Source: Candidatus Saccharimonadota bacterium (GTDB lineage Archaea; Micrarchaeota; Micrarchaeia; Micrarchaeales; Micrarchaeaceae). Taken from it: DNA of 32,000 bases. This document shows positions 1 through 7,567 of the stretch, piece by piece. The position numbers and the translations under genes were made by a program. Positions within the stretch are counted from its first letter, which is position 1. The number at the start of each line of letters is the position of its first letter. The stretch covers positions 450,001 to 482,000 of the forward strand of contig AP024486.1 of NCBI GenBank assembly GCA_021654395.1, in the 5' to 3' direction. The notes below the pieces were generated by a model. It did not search any database, was not told the origin of the DNA, and saw nothing but the letters and a program-made list of their open reading frames with translations.

Positions 1-232
1 TATTCCACATATCCTTTATAAGATCTCTAAATCTGTATGACTCTGGAAAGTCTATGCCATTATCTATATTTATTACGTCATAAGGGATCTCTCCTTCAAA
101 TAGCTTTCTTATAAGATATAATACAGCTGTCGAATCCTTCCCCATACTCCACAAAACTCCTATCTTATTAAACCTCTTATCTGCCTCTTTTATTATATAG
201 AAGCTTCTGCTTTCTAGATAATTTAGATTCAT
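1..232 (-). CDS. PAPS reductase / CysD-like PP-loop ATP pyrophosphatase family protein. Only the N-terminal part is present; the gene continues past the window start.
   Basis: This ORF is not on the supplied track because it runs off the edge. Minus-strand translation from the ATG at 230-232 gives MNLNYLESRSFYIIKEADKRFNKIGVLWSMGKDSTAVLYLIRKLFEGEIPYDVINIDNGIDFPESYRFRDLIKDMWN. It has the PP-loop-like S(M)GKDS motif and the LES..I.I.REA opening typical of the CysD/CysH family. Confidence 0.7.
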   Translation of the reverse strand, partial: MNLNYLESRSFYIIKEADKRFNKIGVLWSMGKDSTAVLYLIRKLFEGEIPYDVINIDNGIDFPESYRFRDLIKDMWN

Positions 233-310
233 AATTCTCTCCTTATTACTTATATAGAAAGTAGATTAGAGTTAAAAAGTTATTAAAAGCTTTTAGATAA
301 TAAATAATAT

Positions 311-1162
311 TTGATCGTAATGGCTGAGATGGTTCAGAAAGGCTCTTTAATATTCTTTATGGTATTCTGGGCTGTATCTATAGGCTTTTTAGTACTATCA
401 ATATCAATACCTAAGGGCCAGATATATACTATACCTCTAGAGCTTATAGCTGTGATTATAGCAATTCTATTTGCTATACTTGCCTATGGTACTAGATTTC
501 ACTCACCTATAATAATAGAGTTTCTAAATCAGAGAAAGAAGCTGATAGTACTAAATAATGATTATCCATACTACATATATCCATCTAATGATGCTATAGT
601 TAGAAAGCTATCATCTGAGTATGTCGCAACTGTTATAATAAAGCTTCCTATGTATAGATCAGCTACAGAGATGAGTGAAGAAGAGAGATACACATTTGCA
701 AAGAATATAGGTAGAGCATTAACACTATCAGATAAGCCAGTAAGATTCGCATCACAGCTATACTACATGAATAACGAGTCTTATATATCAGTTATTAGAG
801 AGCAGTTGAATAAAGCAGAGACTGAGCTGCTTAGTCTGCAGCAGCAGAATGTGCCGCAAGAGAAGATAGAGAAGGCTAAGGGTCAATTGGCGATGTGGAG
901 AAATATACTATCTGCAGTTTCATCATCTAACGCTATGCAGCTAGACAGCGTCGTCTATGTCTCTGCTAAGGGTGTTAGAGACTACGAGGCAGTAGCTTAT
1001 GCACAGCAGAGAGCGAGAGAGATTATATCTGGAATTGGTGCTATATTTGGCGTTATACCAACAATAGTTACAGGTCAAGACATAATAAAGTATATAGAGC
1101 CAGAAGGTGTAATTACAGAAGCTATAGTAACAGAGAAGATTAAGAAAGAGATAAGTGATTAA
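311..1162 (+). CDS. Membrane protein of unknown function (paralog A): two N-terminal TM helices followed by a soluble alpha/beta domain with a helical insert.
   Basis: 283-aa ORF. The TTG at 311 or the ATG at 320 could be the start. Hydrophobic segments are LIFFMVFWAVSIGFLVLSISI and LELIAVIIAILFAILAYG. It shares colinear motifs with the next gene: NDAIVRK/QNAIIKQ, MSEEERY/LSEEDTY, KPVRF/VPFRY and VVYVSAKGV/IMYIEVFGAGV. Confidence 0.75.
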   Translation: MIVMAEMVQKGSLIFFMVFWAVSIGFLVLSISIPKGQIYTIPLELIAVIIAILFAILAYGTRFHSPIIIEFLNQRKKLIVLNNDYPYYIYPSNDAIVRKLSSEYVATVIIKLPMYRSATEMSEEERYTFAKNIGRALTLSDKPVRFASQLYYMNNESYISVIREQLNKAETELLSLQQQNVPQEKIEKAKGQLAMWRNILSAVSSSNAMQLDSVVYVSAKGVRDYEAVAYAQQRAREIISGIGAIFGVIPTIVTGQDIIKYIEPEGVITEAIVTEKIKKEISD

Positions 1163-1164
1163 TT

Positions 1165-2001
1165 ATGGTAGATCAGGAAACAGTTATATTTACTCTATTT
1201 GCAGCAGTTCCTATAATAGTTATAATGGCCTTATCCGGAGCATATGGAAAGTATGTTAATATATTAGTTATAATAATAGCTCTTATTGGATTGGCGCTGC
1301 TGCTAGCTTTAGCGTTTGCAGACTTCTTAATAGTTCCGTACTTTATGAATCTCTTTGGACTTAAGGTACAGCCAGCTAAAGACTTTACAACGAATAGGCA
1401 GCAGAATGCAATAATTAAGCAGAGTAATGGGATATACTATACTATCGGATATCTTACCGCGAATCTATACTCTTATACATTTAAGCAAGAGCTTAGCGAA
1501 GAGGATACTTATCAAAAGATAATTAATAGTCCGTTGATATGGGAGAATATAATCTCTAGCGTAAAGGTCCCATTCAGATACAACATAGTCTCATTTGCAG
1601 AGAATGTGCAGAAAGTAAGAGAGGCGTTAGAGGCACAGAGAGGCCTTAAAGAGTCTCAGCTTACAAAGCTTATGCAGGCATCTAAGACAGAGTTTAGCTC
1701 GGCAGTAGCAGATCTTCAGAGAGCTATAAATATCATACAGAGAAAGATAGACAGAATATCTGCTGGAGAGAAGCCTGTAAGAACAATAATGTATATAGAG
1801 GTATTCGGAGCTGGAGTAAATGAGAAGGCAGCATTAGACGATCTAGAGTATAACATAGATCAAGTGAGGTCTGCCTTTGCATCATTTGATATAGAGATAA
1901 ATAGAGTAGCTGGAAGAGAGCTTTTTGTACTATTTGAGTTTGGCTTCTTCCTACCATCTAGCTATTCAGATATAGAGCAGCTATTCAGCAAGGAGGAGTA
2001 G
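1165..2001 (+). CDS. Membrane protein of unknown function (paralog B of 311-1162).
   Basis: 278-aa ORF that starts 2 nt after the stop of the previous gene. It has two N-terminal TM helices and the same downstream motif order as paralog A. Confidence 0.75.
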   Translation: MVDQETVIFTLFAAVPIIVIMALSGAYGKYVNILVIIIALIGLALLLALAFADFLIVPYFMNLFGLKVQPAKDFTTNRQQNAIIKQSNGIYYTIGYLTANLYSYTFKQELSEEDTYQKIINSPLIWENIISSVKVPFRYNIVSFAENVQKVREALEAQRGLKESQLTKLMQASKTEFSSAVADLQRAINIIQRKIDRISAGEKPVRTIMYIEVFGAGVNEKAALDDLEYNIDQVRSAFASFDIEINRVAGRELFVLFEFGFFLPSSYSDIEQLFSKEE

Positions 2002-2569
2002 AGAGCCTTGCTATTAGTATATATCCAGTATGCATTATTCCGTAGTTTACAGGCCTTACTCCTTTCTCTCTTAGCAAGATCTCTCTATCTATTATCTCTA
2101 AGCATATCTGATCTTTTATCATATCCTTTATCTTTATATAAAGCTCCTTTATCTGATCGATATTAGGCATATAGAAAGCAAGATACGCATTGTCCTTTAA
2201 GCTATCCTTTATATTTAATAAGGCATCTGCAGCAGATGGTATGTCAAATGTAGCAAGATCATAGATCTGCCTATTATCTAACCTCTCTTTTGTCAGGTCT
2301 TTTAGATAAAAGTCTATATTCTTTATATCTAGTCTAGATGCATTTCTTTTAGCTATCTCAAGATGCTCTTCGTTTATATCAAAGCTATCTACATGCTTAC
2401 AGAATCTAGCTAAGGTTAGAGCAAGCCAGCCACTCCCAGTACCGATATCTAAGCATATACTATCTTTATTCAGATCTGTATAAGTCAGTATGATTCCTAT
2501 ATCCTTTGGGAGTATAACCTGTGGTCCTCTCTTAAGTCTTCTATAAAACTCTGGTAGATAGTACTTCAT
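1985..2569 (-). CDS. trmI: tRNA (adenine-N1)-methyltransferase, TrmI/GCD14 family, short form lacking the N-terminal beta domain.
   Basis: Motifs seen: RGPQVILPKDIGIIL, the SAM-binding DIGTGSGWLALTLA, FDIPSAADAL and a C-terminal RPVNYGIMHTGYILIARL. These match the family pattern RGPQIIYPKD ... GTGSG ... D.P.PW ... RP...HTGYL. Confidence 0.8.
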   Translation of the reverse strand: MKYYLPEFYRRLKRGPQVILPKDIGIILTYTDLNKDSICLDIGTGSGWLALTLARFCKHVDSFDINEEHLEIAKRNASRLDIKNIDFYLKDLTKERLDNRQIYDLATFDIPSAADALLNIKDSLKDNAYLAFYMPNIDQIKELYIKIKDMIKDQICLEIIDREILLREKGVRPVNYGIMHTGYILIARLSTPPC

Positions 2570-2658
2570 GTAGCTCTATACAGTTTAATATTAGGCATCT
2601 TAAAGCTTTAAAAATATAATTTAAAAAAGTCTTCTTTTAAAATATTATCAGATAACAC

Positions 2659-3999
2659 ATGAGATATATAGCTATTGGATTTACAATACTAGCCTTACTT
2701 AGAGTAGCCTTCTCTAGCACTGAGGTGCTTGGAGCGAGCGCATCAGTATACTGCCCATTTAATGCAACTCTATTAAATAGCTATATATTAGAAGTCAGTA
2801 AAGATCAGATTGTGATTCAGCTCAATTCTAGTAATAGATGTCCGATAGGCCCATTTAATTATACATCCTACTTATATAAGAATGGATCTATAATCTATAG
2901 CAGATATGGTAAGGCTTTAGCTAATAGCTCTATATATAATATATCATTAAATCTTCCTGTTAAACTAGAACAAGGTAGATATAAGATATATAGTAAGATT
3001 AATGCAATAAACTTCTCAAACTATATAAACACAAGCCTATATGTAATTGAGCCGCCTAATATAAGCATATCTGTTAGCTATCTTAAAGATATATATCAGT
3101 ACTCTAATGATTATATATATCTAAATCTAACGAATAATGGTGGCTTAGCTGCTAGAGGCATAGTTGCAAATATAAGCATATCTGGACCAGCATCTATAAG
3201 TCTATCAAAGAGTATAGCTGCAATAGATCCCAAATCTAGCTACTCTTTAGTATATGCAACTCAGCCTTTAAGTGTAGATGGAAGATATAATATTAGAGTA
3301 AATGTAAGCTATATCTATACATTTAATAATATAAGCTATAGCTCTAATCTTAGCATAAGTAATCTGAGTATATATGTACTCTCTAGGCCATCGGTATCTA
3401 GAAGCTCTATAAGTAGCTATACAATACTACCAGAGGTAAAGAGGAATATAAGCACAAATGTATTTGCTATAGAGCTTCCTTTCTACTTTAGTGGCTACTC
3501 ATCAGGCTATATCTCTGCACCATTAGCCATAAGAAACTCTGGAAACTCAACGATATATGCTAGAATAATTACAAACGCCTCATTTAATAGATCTATAATA
3601 CCAGATGCTTATTCTATATATATACCAGAGCATCAAAGCATAGATGATATACTAAATATAAACTATTCAGCTATAGAGAGTGGCTTAAGCATAATACCCA
3701 TTTATATAAATATAAGTTCATTAAATGGCAGTAATAGTAGGCTATTTAAGTATAATATACTAGTTCAGAAGAATAAGCCGTATGGTTATATAAGCAGCTA
3801 TCAGTACACACTGCTTTATAACAACATGAGCTCCGCATACTCGCTTATTGCAATAAGATCTAACGCTAATAAGGTAATAAGGGATGCAGTTATAGAGCTT
3901 AGACTTCCAATCTCAGTAACAGATAGCTCTAGTAATATATATGCATATGGTCTTCCAAGCAATATATCTGAAAGCAATGGATCATTCATCATAAGATGA
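2659..3999 (+). CDS. Secreted, heavily sequon-rich surface (S-layer-like) glycoprotein, N-terminal 446 codons up to an in-frame TGA.
   Basis: Sec-type signal peptide MRYIAIGFTILALLRVAFSSTEVLGASA. My manual count gives about 25 N-X-S/T sequons. Composition is rich in S, N, Y and I. See the 4000-4602 continuation. Confidence 0.8.
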   Translation: MRYIAIGFTILALLRVAFSSTEVLGASASVYCPFNATLLNSYILEVSKDQIVIQLNSSNRCPIGPFNYTSYLYKNGSIIYSRYGKALANSSIYNISLNLPVKLEQGRYKIYSKINAINFSNYINTSLYVIEPPNISISVSYLKDIYQYSNDYIYLNLTNNGGLAARGIVANISISGPASISLSKSIAAIDPKSSYSLVYATQPLSVDGRYNIRVNVSYIYTFNNISYSSNLSISNLSIYVLSRPSVSRSSISSYTILPEVKRNISTNVFAIELPFYFSGYSSGYISAPLAIRNSGNSTIYARIITNASFNRSIIPDAYSIYIPEHQSIDDILNINYSAIESGLSIIPIYINISSLNGSNSRLFKYNILVQKNKPYGYISSYQYTLLYNNMSSAYSLIAIRSNANKVIRDAVIELRLPISVTDSSSNIYAYGLPSNISESNGSFIIR

Positions 4000-4602
4000 T
4001 ACTCTAAGTATCTATATCCTAATCAGACGCTATACGCATACTATAATATATCTAAAATCTCTCTTGAGCCTTTCTATAGCGATCAAGAGCTGCTTATAAC
4101 ATACTCTAATCAGTCAAACGCATCATTAGATCTTATAGCAATAAAGAAGCGTACATACTTAAACTATAGCTTAGTCTCATTACTGCTATTCTATAACGGT
4201 TTAAACAGCACATATATATACACAACAGCTAAGGCAGATAATGCTACAGTATATCCAATAAGCTCATACTACTTAGTTAAGCCAAGTAGCACATTATATA
4301 TTAATGAAACGGTATCATCTTTAAGATCTAATAGCACAACTCTTTACATAAATCTGCTTTATAATAATAAAGAGCTATCGTATAGCATACCAGTATCAAA
4401 GGAGCTCTTATTTAGAAGTTCAACATCTAGTAGTCCAGAGAGCATTAGCTTATACAGTAGGCTTAAGAACGCTATCTATGTTATACTTATATTGACAGTA
4501 GCACTTATAGTTATATCAATATTAGTTATCTATAGAGGTAGGCCAAGATATAATAAGAAGAGAGCAGAGATGTTTAAGAGGCTCTACAGAAGCATAAGAT
4601 AG
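4000..4602 (+). pseudogene. In-frame, stop-free continuation of the 2659-3999 surface protein (200 codons). It carries the C-terminal TM anchor and has no start codon of its own.
   Basis: The frame is the same as 2659-3999 (2659 + 1341 = 4000). I translated it by hand: YSKYLYPNQTLYAYYNISK...SRLKNAIYVILILTVALIVISILVIYRGRPRYNKKRAEMFKRLYRSIR, then TAG at 4600-4602. It contains about 9 more sequons. There is no in-frame ATG, GTG or TTG before codon 4492. Confidence 0.7.
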
Positions 4603-4653
4603 AAGTTACTTAAAGATTTATATAATTTTTGTAGATCTTAATATTGTAATAAG

Positions 4654-5358
4654 ATGAGGATCTTAAGAGTAAGCTCAAATAAAGGGGGCGTTGGAAAGAG
4701 TGTAATAGCAATTAATATTGCAATAGATTTAGAGAATAAAGGCTTTAATGTATTGCTAATAGATGCAGATATAACTAACTCTAGTATAGCTACATATCTA
4801 GGCTTAGCTAATGTAAAGCATACTTTTCTAGATATACTTAAAGGAAAGAGGAGTATAGATGAGTGTATAATGATACACGATACCGGATTAAGATATGTTG
4901 TATCATCAAACAAGATAAGTCAGTATACAACTATAGTAAATGGGAAGCAGATGCATAGATTAAAAAGAGAGCTACTGAAGCTGAAGTACGATTATGTAAT
5001 CTTTGATACTGCTCCAGGTTATATATTAGAAGATATAGCAAGCTTATACAACATGGCTTTTATAGTAACAGAGCCTTATACAGGATCTTATATAAGCGCT
5101 CTGAGGCTTGCTAAGTTTTACGATAAGAATAATATAGAGCATATGCTTATAGTAAACAAGATACAGAATAGAAGCTATGAGCTGAATATAAAAGAGATAG
5201 AGGAGTCTTATAACAGCTATATACATAAGATACCTTATGATGATAATGTAAATAGGTCAATTCAGCTTCAGAGGCCTATTATTATAGATAAACCTAACTC
5301 TAAGTTTAGTAGATCTATAAGCAGACTTTCAGAGAGAGTCATAAAGATGAGTGATTGA
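4654..5358 (+). CDS. MinD/ParA-family P-loop ATPase.
   Basis: Deviant Walker A SSNKGGVGKSVIAINIA, followed by VLLIDADI and a Walker B-like YVIFDTAPG. Its TGA stop directly abuts the GTG start of nfo (TGAGTG). Confidence 0.8.
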   Translation: MRILRVSSNKGGVGKSVIAINIAIDLENKGFNVLLIDADITNSSIATYLGLANVKHTFLDILKGKRSIDECIMIHDTGLRYVVSSNKISQYTTIVNGKQMHRLKRELLKLKYDYVIFDTAPGYILEDIASLYNMAFIVTEPYTGSYISALRLAKFYDKNNIEHMLIVNKIQNRSYELNIKEIEESYNSYIHKIPYDDNVNRSIQLQRPIIIDKPNSKFSRSISRLSERVIKMSD

Positions 5359-6252
5359 GTGAGAATAGGAGTACATGTCTCTATTAATAAAGGACTAAGC
5401 AATGCGATAAGCTATGCAAATAAGATGAGATACTCAGCAGTTCAGATCTTCTTATCTGGAAATATATCTAATAGGCTTAGCGAGTTCAAAGACTCTGATA
5501 TAGAAGAGTTCAATAGGCTTAGAGAGCAGTATGATATAGAGATTTATGTTCATCTACCATATATAGCAAATCTTGCATCTCAGGATAAAGAGATTCATAG
5601 AAGAAGCAGAGATCTGCTTATAAGATATCTAGAGAAGATGTCTGTTATAGGATTAAGACATCTGACAGTTCATGCTGGCTCATCTAAAGGCGGAGATAAA
5701 GAGAGATCTATTAAGATACTTAAAGAAACTATAGACGAGGCAGCAGGCTCATATAATAATATAAATATACAGATAGAAAACTCTGCAGGCTCTAAGAGTA
5801 GCTTATGCTCATCTATAGATGAGATTATAGGTCTAGTAGATGATATAGATAGAAAGAATGTTGGCATCTGTTTAGATACATGTCATCTATTTGCAGCAGG
5901 ATATGATCTTAGAGATTCTGATATTACTAATAAGCTACTCAGTAAGATAGCAGATAGTATTGGTATGGATAAGCTTATGCTAATTCATCTGAATGACTCT
6001 AAGTATGATCTGAATAGCAATGTAGACAGACACTGGCATATAGCAAAAGGATATATAGGATCTAAAGGCTTCATAAATCTCTTCTCATTTAAAGGCATAG
6101 AAGATAAATCGTTTATACTTGAGACTCCAATAGAGAAGAATTATGGAGATAAGGAGAATATAAGAAAGGCTTTAGAGCTATTTAATAAAGCAGTTAATAG
6201 CTCAGATGCAGATCTAGATCTTAAAAATAAAAATAGAAAGAAGAAAAGATAG
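5359..6252 (+). CDS. nfo: Endonuclease IV (AP endonuclease family 2).
   Basis: Metal-ligand motifs appear in the family order: HLPYIANLAS, TVHAGS, QIENSAG, LDTCHLFAAGYD, IHLNDSK, DRHWHIAKGYIG and ILETP. Confidence 0.9.
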   Translation: MRIGVHVSINKGLSNAISYANKMRYSAVQIFLSGNISNRLSEFKDSDIEEFNRLREQYDIEIYVHLPYIANLASQDKEIHRRSRDLLIRYLEKMSVIGLRHLTVHAGSSKGGDKERSIKILKETIDEAAGSYNNINIQIENSAGSKSSLCSSIDEIIGLVDDIDRKNVGICLDTCHLFAAGYDLRDSDITNKLLSKIADSIGMDKLMLIHLNDSKYDLNSNVDRHWHIAKGYIGSKGFINLFSFKGIEDKSFILETPIEKNYGDKENIRKALELFNKAVNSSDADLDLKNKNRKKKR

Positions 6253-6254
6253 CG

Positions 6255-6509
6255 CTATCTATCATTATCTGCTAGTATGAGTGCTGCTGGGCCTAGATTC
6301 ATATTCTTCTTCTTTGCTATCTTCTGCGCCTTTATTATGTACTCGGTAATCCTCTTCGCCACAATAACCTTTAAGGCCTCACTGCAGCTCTTTGATTCTT
6401 CTACGCCCAGCTCATTGAAGAGCTTTGCGAAGTCGTTCTCTGCTAGTAGCTCACGAGCTACTAACTCCAGTTTATCCTCTAACTCCTCTCTATCTTCTAC
6501 CACACCCAT
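6255..6509 (-). CDS. Small acidic/basic helical protein, function unknown.
   Basis: 84-aa ORF: MGVVEDREELEDKLELVARELLAENDFAKLFNELGVEESK...KAQKIAKKKNMNL. Its composition is balanced and protein-like, whereas the overlapping plus-strand ORF 6277-6561 is S/F-rich low complexity. The segment is visibly more G+C-rich than its flanks. Confidence 0.5.
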   Translation of the reverse strand: MGVVEDREELEDKLELVARELLAENDFAKLFNELGVEESKSCSEALKVIVAKRITEYIIKAQKIAKKKNMNLGPAALILADNDR

Positions 6510-6559
6510 CCCTCTTATATACTATGACTTTCTAGATATATATGCCTTTTCTTTAAGAT

Positions 6560-6585
6560 AAAAAGTAATTTATAAATTACTTTTT
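6560..6585. terminator. Perfect 26-bp palindrome with flanking T/A runs. Candidate terminator hairpin after the TBP-domain gene.
   Basis: The sequence is aaaaagtaattta|taaattacttttt, and the two 13-nt halves are exact reverse complements. It overlaps the TAA stop (6585-6587) of the minus-strand gene and is followed by oligo-T on either strand. Confidence 0.4.
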
Positions 6586-6881
6586 TAAGAATTAGTCTTC
6601 CTTGCTGCCTTTAGAATCTTTATAGCCTCGGCAACAGCTCTTTCAAGCTCTTCCTTGCTCCTTGTCCCAGCGCAGATTATCTTACCTTGTTTAAATAGAA
6701 GCATTGCTGCCTTGGGATTCTCTATCTTTAGTATAGCTCCTGGGAACTGCTCCGGCTCATAATCTATGTTTCTAGAGTTAAGTGCAAGTGATATAAGATC
6801 TAGCTGCATTGGTACCTGAACGCTAGCTACTATATTAACAATCTTATATGTTGGCTTTATCTCCTTACTCATATTAATCAT
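6585..6881 (-). CDS. Single-repeat TBP-domain protein (half-size TATA-binding-protein homolog).
   Basis: The 98-aa product is IVNIVASVQVPMQLDLISLALNSRNIDYEPEQFPGAILKIENPKAAMLLFKQGKIICAGTRSKEELERAVAEAIKILK. This matches one archaeal TBP repeat (NIVAS ... LDL ... EY.PEQFPGL ... P. ... L.F.SGK.VCTGA.S.E). Only one repeat is present, and neither neighbouring gene supplies a second. Confidence 0.8.
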   Translation of the reverse strand: MINMSKEIKPTYKIVNIVASVQVPMQLDLISLALNSRNIDYEPEQFPGAILKIENPKAAMLLFKQGKIICAGTRSKEELERAVAEAIKILKAARKTNS

Positions 6882-6925
6882 TCTTATAAATATTTTAGAA
6901 GCAATAATTATTAATTCTTTTTAAT

Positions 6926-7561
6926 CTACTTTATACTAGCTTTAAACTGCTCTAGGCTTATTGTGTTTAACAGCTCATTCGGCTTATATAATCTATTAAA
7001 TTTAAGTATCTTATAGCTTAAGCCAGTATATGCATCTACAGCTATCTCTCTAAGCTCATTTCCAAATAGGTCGATCTCTACAATAGGCAGCTTCAGCTTA
7101 TTGTCTAATATATTATAAAGCTCTCTTATGTAGTCTGCCCCATAGTTATTCTGTAATCCGAATATCCTTATCTCAAATCTCTTCTTCTTTAACTTCAGCG
7201 ATCTTACAAATCTATTTAGCTCTGTATAGAAATTTATTAGATTCTCTGGCAATGCTCTTATACCAAAGAGAGATCTCGAGTTTATCTCATATAATGTTAA
7301 GAATATATCATAAGAGAGATCTAAAGCAGCTATATATCTCTTATCACTAACTCCTTTCTTAAAGTTAATGATCTCTTTCTTATCATTATAGCCTAGATAG
7401 TAAGTCTGTTCAAACTCATCTAGTATAGATTTAGAGATATGCAGTCTATCATTAAAGCCCGATGTGAGCTCTCTAAAGCTCATATACAACAGATTTTTAG
7501 ATAGGTTTTCATCTATCCTTCTCTGAAGCTCTCTATTCAGCTCTAGCTCTATAAGACCCAT
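6926..7561 (-). CDS. Hypothetical protein coupled to PolD. Weak resemblance to the CheD fold, without the catalytic Cys/His.
   Basis: 211-aa ORF starting 6 nt after the DP2 stop. The segments LDLSYDIFLTLYEINSRSLFGIRALP and FEIRIFGL...LPIVEIDLFGNELREIAVDAYTG line up, from my memory of CheD, with GLGSCV.V.LYD....G.AHVMLP and L.AK.AGGA...I.I..ED.GG...R.I.F...TG. The Cys and His positions are substituted. Confidence 0.6.
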   Translation of the reverse strand: MGLIELELNRELQRRIDENLSKNLLYMSFRELTSGFNDRLHISKSILDEFEQTYYLGYNDKKEIINFKKGVSDKRYIAALDLSYDIFLTLYEINSRSLFGIRALPENLINFYTELNRFVRSLKLKKKRFEIRIFGLQNNYGADYIRELYNILDNKLKLPIVEIDLFGNELREIAVDAYTGLSYKILKFNRLYKPNELLNTISLEQFKASIK

Positions 7562-7567
7562 ATTAGA

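Noticed and set aside
311-420. Class III (prepilin-type) signal peptides: VQKG|SLIFFMVFW in the 311 gene and NRKS|QILIRYVV in the 17471 gene. These would supply the pilins missing from the filament operon.
   Set aside because: The 311 protein has a second TM helix and a 200-aa domain that looks cytoplasmic, unlike pilins, and its paralog lacks the K-G motif. The 17471 protein has Ser at position -1 and an Arg inside the hydrophobic core, and its paralog at 18373 has no such motif. These are more likely ordinary signal anchors.
3997-3999. A genome-wide reassignment of TGA (for example to Trp or Gly) as the explanation for the in-frame TGA in the surface-protein gene.
   Set aside because: TGA terminates several well-conserved genes in this window at sensible C-termini or gene boundaries: DP2 at 7568-7570, DP1 at 10987-10989, MinD at 5356-5358 immediately before the nfo start, and the FlaI-like ATPase at 29570-29572. 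TGA is therefore a genuine stop in this genome. I also saw no reason to invoke selenocysteine in a Cys-poor surface protein.
6277-6561. The plus-strand 94-aa ORF as the real gene in this interval.
   Set aside because: Its product is S/F-rich low complexity (…SSSRATNSSLSSNSSLSSTTP…), while the minus-strand 84-aa ORF has balanced helical composition. The call remains uncertain at about 0.5.
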